A stretch of 64,000 bases of DNA from an uncultured Mycoplasmatota bacterium. GTDB lineage: Bacteria > Bacillota_I > Bacilli_A > RF39 > UBA660. Below, one piece after another: positions 40,332-45,847 of the stretch (positions are counted from its first letter, which is position 1; every line of letters starts with the position of its first letter). The notes below the pieces were generated by a model, which saw only the letters and a list, made by a program, of their open reading frames with translations, did no database searches and had not been told where the DNA came from. Location: positions 4,331-68,330 of the forward strand of contig CAMLTY010000002.1 of the NCBI GenBank assembly GCA_946486465.1, read 5' to 3'. The position numbers and the translations under genes are program-made.

Positions 40332-41600
40332 CTACCTTAACTTATATATAATATCTCTTGAATTACCTTGTTTTAAAATAATATTTCTATCTAACATTTC
40401 ATTTAACACAGATAAAGTAGCAACTTTTTTCATCCCCAAAATCTTTTCTATTTCTTCTCTAGTAGCATAATCTTTTTCTTTTAAATAATCTATAATTTCA
40501 ACATATTCTTTTTTTAAAGACATTTTAGGCAAAACTACTAAAAAACTGTTAGGAGCCACTTTAATCTCTGGTAACTTAGGAGAATTTCTATATAACTCAA
40601 GCATTCTAGGTATACCACTGCCATATGCTTCTACTAATCCTAATCTATGAAATATACTTATTAGTCTAGGATTTCTAGACGATGAAATACCCAACTTAAT
40701 ATCATCAATAGTTAATCCTTTAACAAGTCCCCCTAAACTTAAAAATTCCATTCTATCTGTAAAAATATTTACTATGGTACTACCTGGTATTTCATAATTA
40801 CGATGTCCAATACAATTTAATAAAACTTCTCTAATACTTTCTTCTGGATAATCATAAGTATCTATCCTTTCCATCCCCTCAATTTTTCCACTAATTCTAT
40901 TATTTAATTTTAAATAAATTAAAGCTTCTTCTAATTGTTGTAAAACACTTCCAACACTAGTTATTTTTCTATCAATAAATTCTTTTTTTACACCATCTTT
41001 ATATACAGCCATTTTTATTAAATAAGGACACTGATCTGATAATAGTAATCCTAAATTTGTATATTTATCTTTATCATTAATTATTCCTAAGGTCTTTTGT
41101 TCTCTAATACCAAAGGCAATATTTTTTTCTTTAAAAATACGTTCTGTATACATAAAAGTTAAATTTTGAGTGATACTAATATTCTTTTCAAAAGTAATTC
41201 CAGATGATTCTACAATCATATCTCTAATAGAATCTCTATTAGCAGGTTGACTAGTAGCACCTAATCTTACATAAACACCTTCACTTGTCATTCCTTTTGA
41301 TTTAATATAGTAAGGTTTATTTGTTCCTTGTAACACCTCAATAATGATAATGTCTTTCCCATCTTCTTTTTCTATTCTTGGTGCAACTAAAAAGCTAATA
41401 TCTGGTTCAATACTATCATGAAGTTTATTACTAATTTTATCTAAATCTTCTTTAGCGTTTTCTAAACCACATACACTACCATCATCATTATATCCAATAA
41501 TTATAGTACCTCCAGAGGAATTGCAAAAAGCAATAACTTCTTTTACTAAGGAATTACTTATTTCTCTTTTAAACTCTATTTTTTCATTTTCATATTTCAT
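40332..41600 (-). CDS. AlbA_2 (Schlafen-like) + HATPase_c_4 + wHTH protein (COG2865-type)
   Basis: EKIEFKREISNSLVKEVIAFCNSSGGTIIIGYNDDGSVCG, plus a C-terminal HTH-like region. Start probably ATG 41600 (GGTGA RBS); the track start is GTG 41609. Confidence 0.7.
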   Translation of the reverse strand: MKYENEKIEFKREISNSLVKEVIAFCNSSGGTIIIGYNDDGSVCGLENAKEDLDKISNKLHDSIEPDISFLVAPRIEKEDGKDIIIIEVLQGTNKPYYIKSKGMTSEGVYVRLGATSQPANRDSIRDMIVESSGITFEKNISITQNLTFMYTERIFKEKNIAFGIREQKTLGIINDKDKYTNLGLLLSDQCPYLIKMAVYKDGVKKEFIDRKITSVGSVLQQLEEALIYLKLNNRISGKIEGMERIDTYDYPEESIREVLLNCIGHRNYEIPGSTIVNIFTDRMEFLSLGGLVKGLTIDDIKLGISSSRNPRLISIFHRLGLVEAYGSGIPRMLELYRNSPKLPEIKVAPNSFLVVLPKMSLKKEYVEIIDYLKEKDYATREEIEKILGMKKVATLSVLNEMLDRNIILKQGNSRDIIYKLR

Positions 41601-41618
41601 AACATTCACCTTACATTA

Positions 41619-41726
41619 AATATATCATCATAATTTCAATAAATCAACTTTTCGTTCATTTTCGTTCATTTTTGCCATCCTTTTTCCTTATTTATTAATG
41701 TTTTTCGTTCATTTTCGTTCATTTTT
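41619..41726 (-). promoter_or_regulatory. promoter candidate preceded by two pairs of the decamer TTCGTTCATT
   Basis: Minus-sense TTGATT (41647-41642), 17 nt, TATATT (41624-41619). Decamers at 41651, 41661, 41704 and 41714 (plus-strand spelling). Confidence 0.4.
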
Positions 41727-42659
41727 TGACTTTTTTTCAGTTTCTCTAATTATATAAATAGGCCTACCTTTAACTTCTGTATATGTTTTAGAAATATAAG
41801 CTCCACTAATTCCAGTACAAAATAGTTGAATTCCACTCAAGAAAAACATAATACATACTAAAGATGGCCATCCTGCTACTGGATCTCCAAATATTAAAGT
41901 TCTAACTATTATAAAAATAATTGCTATTAAAGATATTAAACAAAATAATACTCCCACAAATACCGCAATTGTTAAAGGAACAGTAGAATACCCTATAATA
42001 GCATCAATAGCATAAGTAAATAATCTAGGGAAACTCCATTTACTAGTTCCTGCTACTCTTTTAGGAACTTTATATGTTAACCATTCTGTCTTAAAACCAA
42101 CAAAACTAAATATCCCTTTACTATAGCGGTTATATTCTTTTAATTCTAATATAGCATTAACTACTTGCCTTTTCATTAATCTAAAATCTCTTGCCCCAGG
42201 TACCATCTCTACTTTAGATAATTTAGATATTAATATATAATAACAACGTGTAAAAAATCTTCTAAATATTCCATATTCTTTATGAGCATCTGTCTTAAGA
42301 GCAACTATATCAACATCTTTAGTAGTAATAATTTTATACATTTTCTCTATAAGTTTAGGAGAATCTTGTAAATCAACATCAAGAAGTGTTACATAGTCCC
42401 CCGTACTATAAAGAAGTCCTGCATAAATAGCCGCTTCTTTACCAAAATTTCTTGAAAAAGAAATATATCTAACATTACTATCAATTTCTCTATATTCTTT
42501 AATAATATTAAGAGTTCTATCCCTACTACCATCATCTACAAAGATAAGTTCAAAAGAAACATTACTCATCTTTTTAATTACTTTATTAATTTCTTTATAA
42601 AATAAAGGTACTGCTTCTTCTTCGTTGAAACATGGTACAATAACTGATATCTTATCCAT
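41709..42659 (-). CDS. GtrB/CsbB-type family 2 glycosyltransferase (bactoprenol glycosyltransferase)
   Basis: ISVIVPCFNEEEAV, FVDDGSRD, DVDLQD, two C-terminal TMs. Confidence 0.8.
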   Translation of the reverse strand: MDKISVIVPCFNEEEAVPLFYKEINKVIKKMSNVSFELIFVDDGSRDRTLNIIKEYREIDSNVRYISFSRNFGKEAAIYAGLLYSTGDYVTLLDVDLQDSPKLIEKMYKIITTKDVDIVALKTDAHKEYGIFRRFFTRCYYILISKLSKVEMVPGARDFRLMKRQVVNAILELKEYNRYSKGIFSFVGFKTEWLTYKVPKRVAGTSKWSFPRLFTYAIDAIIGYSTVPLTIAVFVGVLFCLISLIAIIFIIVRTLIFGDPVAGWPSLVCIMFFLSGIQLFCTGISGAYISKTYTEVKGRPIYIIRETEKKSKNERK

Positions 42660-42668
42660 AATATTCCT

Positions 42669-43121
42669 CTATTCTAAAAATATTTTTCTAGTCACAAAGT
42701 TAAATACCATAACTATAACTGTTGCAATTACTTTAGCAAGTAAATAATAAATACTTAAGAAATCTACTGTTATCCACATAATTATATTATTTAGTATTAA
42801 CCCTATAACACTAAATATAATAAATATCACAAATTGTTTTTTAGCATTTTTTTCTTTATTAACATCAAATACCCATTTAACACTTGCAATATAATTATAT
42901 ATAACAGAAATACAAAATGATAATGTATTAGAAACAAGCACAGGAAAATGACAAAATTCTCTAAATACATAAAGAAAAACAAAGTCAATAATTGTTGCAA
43001 TACCACCAACAATAGCAAATTTAAATATTTGAATTAATAATTTTCTTGTTTTAGGCTTAAACTTTAAATGTAAAATACCACATACTTTATCAAATAACCA
43101 TTCTAATTTATCTTTTTTCAT
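42669..43121 (-). CDS. GtrA-family membrane protein
   Basis: 150 aa, 4 TM, FKFAIVGGIATIIDFVFLYVF motif; upstream partner of the GtrB-like gene. Confidence 0.75.
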   Translation of the reverse strand: MKKDKLEWLFDKVCGILHLKFKPKTRKLLIQIFKFAIVGGIATIIDFVFLYVFREFCHFPVLVSNTLSFCISVIYNYIASVKWVFDVNKEKNAKKQFVIFIIFSVIGLILNNIIMWITVDFLSIYYLLAKVIATVIVMVFNFVTRKIFLE

Positions 43122-43163
43122 ACTTTTCTCCTTAACAACTATAGTATAACACGAATTATATAA

Positions 43164-43976
43164 CTAGTCTAAATATTTCTTAATCTCCTCAGTAATAACT
43201 TCATATCCCCTACTATTAGGATGTAAGCCATCATCAGTAAACTCTTCATTAAAGTTGCCATCATCATCAAGCAATTTATTATAAATATTTATATAAGTAT
43301 ATCCTTTTTCATCACAATACTTCTCTAGTAATTTATTAACTTCTATAACACTATTATTATCCTTTACTTTAATTAAATCTTCGTCAATATTTTTGTTTAT
43401 TGGAAAAATACTCTCTATATAAATTTCTGCATTGGGTTTATTATTGTTTATATTTGTTATTATTTCTTTAATATTAGAGACTATTTCGTCAGCACTTTTT
43501 TGATTTCCTAAATCATTAATACCGATTAATAAAAACACTTTAGATGGATTATAATCATACACTCTAGCTTTCATATCATCTAAAATATCATCTGTTGTAT
43601 TCCCAGAAATACCACTATTTACAATAGGTAGTCCTTTATAATATTTATCTAAGTCATAAAAATCAGTAATTGAATCTCCTAAAAATAAGTAATTAGTATA
43701 TTCATCCTTTAAACTTTCTATCTCTTTTTCATAATCTTTTTTATTCTCTTCAATAGTTGTATTTAGACTATCAACTGATGAATCTAAATTATTAACTCTT
43801 AACAAAAAAAAGGCATTAACAAACAAACTAATTACTAAAACAATTAAAATAAGTTTATTATTACTTTTTTTATGACTATCTTTAACTGAATTATTTTTAT
43901 AATAAATTCTTTTATTTTTTTCAAGTCTGGTAGTATACTTTTTCTTTTTTGCTTTTTTACTCGTAGTCTTACTCAT
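43164..43976 (-). CDS. membrane-anchored SGNH/GDSL hydrolase
   Basis: LFLGDSITD (block I), GINDL, DGLHPN (block V). Start set at ATG 43976 (AAAGGGGAAG RBS). Confidence 0.75.
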   Translation of the reverse strand: MSKTTSKKAKKKKYTTRLEKNKRIYYKNNSVKDSHKKSNNKLILIVLVISLFVNAFFLLRVNNLDSSVDSLNTTIEENKKDYEKEIESLKDEYTNYLFLGDSITDFYDLDKYYKGLPIVNSGISGNTTDDILDDMKARVYDYNPSKVFLLIGINDLGNQKSADEIVSNIKEIITNINNNKPNAEIYIESIFPINKNIDEDLIKVKDNNSVIEVNKLLEKYCDEKGYTYINIYNKLLDDDGNFNEEFTDDGLHPNSRGYEVITEEIKKYLD

Positions 43977-44053
43977 AACACTTCCCCTTTTCATGTCAAT
44001 AAAAGTATACCACAAATATTAATAGTTTAATATTAAAAGAAAAAGACTTGACA

Positions 44054-44524
44054 TTATTTGCCAAGTTCTTCATGCATCATTTCTTTTATTTTATCAATAT
44101 CAGTGAAAAACAAATTAATTCCTTGTTTCTTTAAAGCTAATAATGAATTAAAATTTTGTAAAATCTCATCTTTTAAATTATCAGCAACTCTAGCAGGAGC
44201 ACCATTTATTGTATGTGGATGATCTATATATTTTTCTAATGTAGGAAAAGCATTTTGCAATAATATAACAGATTTCTTTTCGGCAATTTCTCTTATCATT
44301 ATAGAACGACAATCTCCATATTTCTTAACCTTTTTATCTATTATAGGTTGATACTTAGAAACTTTACTACTTAATGGAATAAACCATAATATATCCTTAT
44401 CTTTAATCGTAAAGTAAGTAGGTCTTGCTCGTCCATTTTCATGATTTATCATTAAACCTTTGTCATTAATCTTATCAAAAAATTCATCTTTAATATGATA
44501 AATATATCCCGTTTTAACTCTCAT
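44054..44524 (-). CDS. type III toxin-antitoxin toxin, ToxN/AbiQ superfamily (CptN-like) endoribonuclease
   Basis: 156 aa. ILWFIPLSSKVSKY resembles the ToxN YLAPLTSPKK core. GGGGGTG RBS. Lies directly downstream of the RNA repeats and terminator, the canonical type III layout. Confidence 0.75.
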   Translation of the reverse strand: MRVKTGYIYHIKDEFFDKINDKGLMINHENGRARPTYFTIKDKDILWFIPLSSKVSKYQPIIDKKVKKYGDCRSIMIREIAEKKSVILLQNAFPTLEKYIDHPHTINGAPARVADNLKDEILQNFNSLLALKKQGINLFFTDIDKIKEMMHEELGK

Positions 44525-44614
44525 TTTATAAACACCCCCAATAACAAATATAACTTGTAACTAAAATATATCAAATTATAACTTTGTTTGCAAGTACAAA
44601 AGTTCTATTTTTAG

Positions 44615-44650
44615 AAAAAAGAAAACTTTATTCAAAAGAATAAAGTTTTC
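44615..44650 (-). terminator. intrinsic terminator between antitoxin repeats and toxin
   Basis: Minus-sense GAAAACTTTATTC-TTTT-GAATAAAGTTTTC (perfect 13 bp) followed by TTTTTT. Confidence 0.75.
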
Positions 44651-44651
44651 A

Positions 44652-44757
44652 AACATTTTCGACCGAGATCATTTATAACTCGCACCACTCGGAAGCGACT
44701 AACATTTCGCGATTGGAATCATTTATAACCCGCACCATCCATAAGCGGCTAACATTT
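44652..44757 (-). ncRNA. type III antitoxin RNA repeat array (2 full ~50-nt units + partial)
   Basis: Contiguous units 44701-44750 and 44652-44700, then a partial unit. No spacers, non-coding, GC-enriched, and placed between promoter and terminator. Confidence 0.75.
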
Positions 44758-44785
44758 ACATATTACATTTCTTAAATGCAATAAT

Positions 44786-44825
44786 AATATACTATATATT
44801 GACATAAATGTCAATATATAGTATA
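44786..44825 (-). promoter_or_regulatory. TA-locus promoter embedded in a perfect 17-bp-arm palindrome
   Basis: Minus-sense TTGACA (44814-44809), 17 nt, TATATT (44791-44786). Palindrome TATACTATATATTGACA-TAAA-TGTCAATATATAGTATA spans 44788..44825. Confidence 0.55.
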
Positions 44826-44876
44826 CACTGTTATTGTATGCAATTTTCCAAATATTTATAAAGATTTTTGAGATTA

Positions 44877-45127
44877 TTATTTGCCAAGTTCTTCAAATAT
44901 CATTTCTTTAATTCTATCAATATAAGTGAAAAATAAACTAATACCTTGTTTCTTTAAAGATAATAAGTAATAAAATTGCTAGTTATTTCATCTTTTAATG
45001 TATCTATTACTTTAAGTGGTTTACCATTTGTTATATGGGGATGATTTATATATTTTTCTAATGTAGGAAAAGCATTTTGTAATAATATAACCGATTTTTT
45101 ATTAGCAACTTCTCTTGTCATTATAGA
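44877..45127 (-). pseudogene. 5'-truncated, frameshifted second copy of the type III toxin gene
   Basis: Reads SIMTREVANKKSVILLQNAFPTLEKYINHPHITNGKPLKVIDTLKDEITSNF, then shifts frame. Homology to copy 1 stops at CATTATAGAA and joins directly to the terminator. Confidence 0.7.
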
Positions 45128-45162
45128 AAAAAGAAAACCCTATTCAAAAGAATAAAGTTTTC
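45127..45162 (-). terminator. degenerate copy of the TA-internal terminator
   Basis: GAAAACCCTATTC/GAATAAAGTTTTC: same hairpin with 2 mismatches in the stem, plus an A6/T6 tract. Confidence 0.45.
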
Positions 45163-45163
45163 A

Positions 45164-45269
45164 AACATTTTCGATCGGAATAATTTGTATCCCGCACCAT
45201 CCGAGAGCGGTTAACATTTCACGATTGGAATAATTTATAACCCGCACCATCCAAGAGCGGCTAACATGT
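45164..45269 (-). ncRNA. second antitoxin RNA repeat array (2 units + partial), now without a functional toxin
   Basis: Units 45213-45262 and 45164-45212 are homologous to those of locus 1. Confidence 0.6.
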
Positions 45270-45297
45270 ACATATCACATTCCTTAAATGCAATAAT

Positions 45298-45326
45298 AAT
45301 ATACTATACTTTAACAAAAATGTCAA
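45298..45326 (-). promoter_or_regulatory. promoter of the second (orphan) antitoxin array
   Basis: Minus-sense TTGACA (45326-45321), 17 nt, TATATT (45303-45298). The palindrome arm is degenerate. Confidence 0.4.
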
Positions 45327-45408
45327 TAAGTATACATTTATATTATATTCGTAGGTTTAAGAAATATAACTGTTTTTATAGTTAAAATAATAACCAAAAG
45401 ACTTGATA

Positions 45409-45846
45409 TTATTTACCAAGTCCCTTTGCTTCCCTAAACAGGCTTTCATCAATTGTTATATCTTTATCACTACCAGTTACCTTACTCAAATAGTAACGGT
45501 ATTTATCATTATCTATCTTTTCATAACCATCATTATATAATTTATTTAGCACTTCATCATCTGTACCAAATTGTTTATAGGTTAAATCTGCTAAATAATA
45601 ATTACCATCATCATCTGGTACTAAAACAAATCTATGTTTATAATGAAATTCTAAATCATCAGTATCTACTATATAAGCAAGACATGACATGTCTTTTAGA
45701 TTCTCATATAAGTACCAATTATATACTAAACACATTCTCTCATACTCTAATCCATCTAAGTCACTTTTAGTATTTTCTATTGCTTTTCTAATAATAGATT
45801 CTTTATCTATATTAGCAATATTAAGCATTCTATCATATAATGACAT
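45409..45846 (-). CDS. hypothetical protein co-transcribed with ppdK
   Basis: 145 aa. The start lies 1 nt after the ppdK stop. Ordered Cys...His...Asp (ERMCLVY, YKHRFVLV, YLADLTY). Confidence 0.5.
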   Translation of the reverse strand: MSLYDRMLNIANIDKESIIRKAIENTKSDLDGLEYERMCLVYNWYLYENLKDMSCLAYIVDTDDLEFHYKHRFVLVPDDDGNYYLADLTYKQFGTDDEVLNKLYNDGYEKIDNDKYRYYLSKVTGSDKDITIDESLFREAKGLGK

Positions 45847-45847
45847 A

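Noticed and set aside
41649-41726. The duplicated 25-nt block as attL/attR of an inserted AlbA_2 gene.
   Set aside because: Both copies lie on the same (upstream) side of the gene, 53 nt apart, so they do not flank it. They are kept only as a possible regulator site or local duplication.
44652-45269. Two sets of ~50-nt direct repeats that could be mistaken for a CRISPR array.
   Set aside because: The units are contiguous with no spacers and number only 2.2 per set. Each set is flanked by a promoter and terminator and followed by a ToxN-like gene, and no cas genes are present. This is type III antitoxin architecture, not CRISPR.
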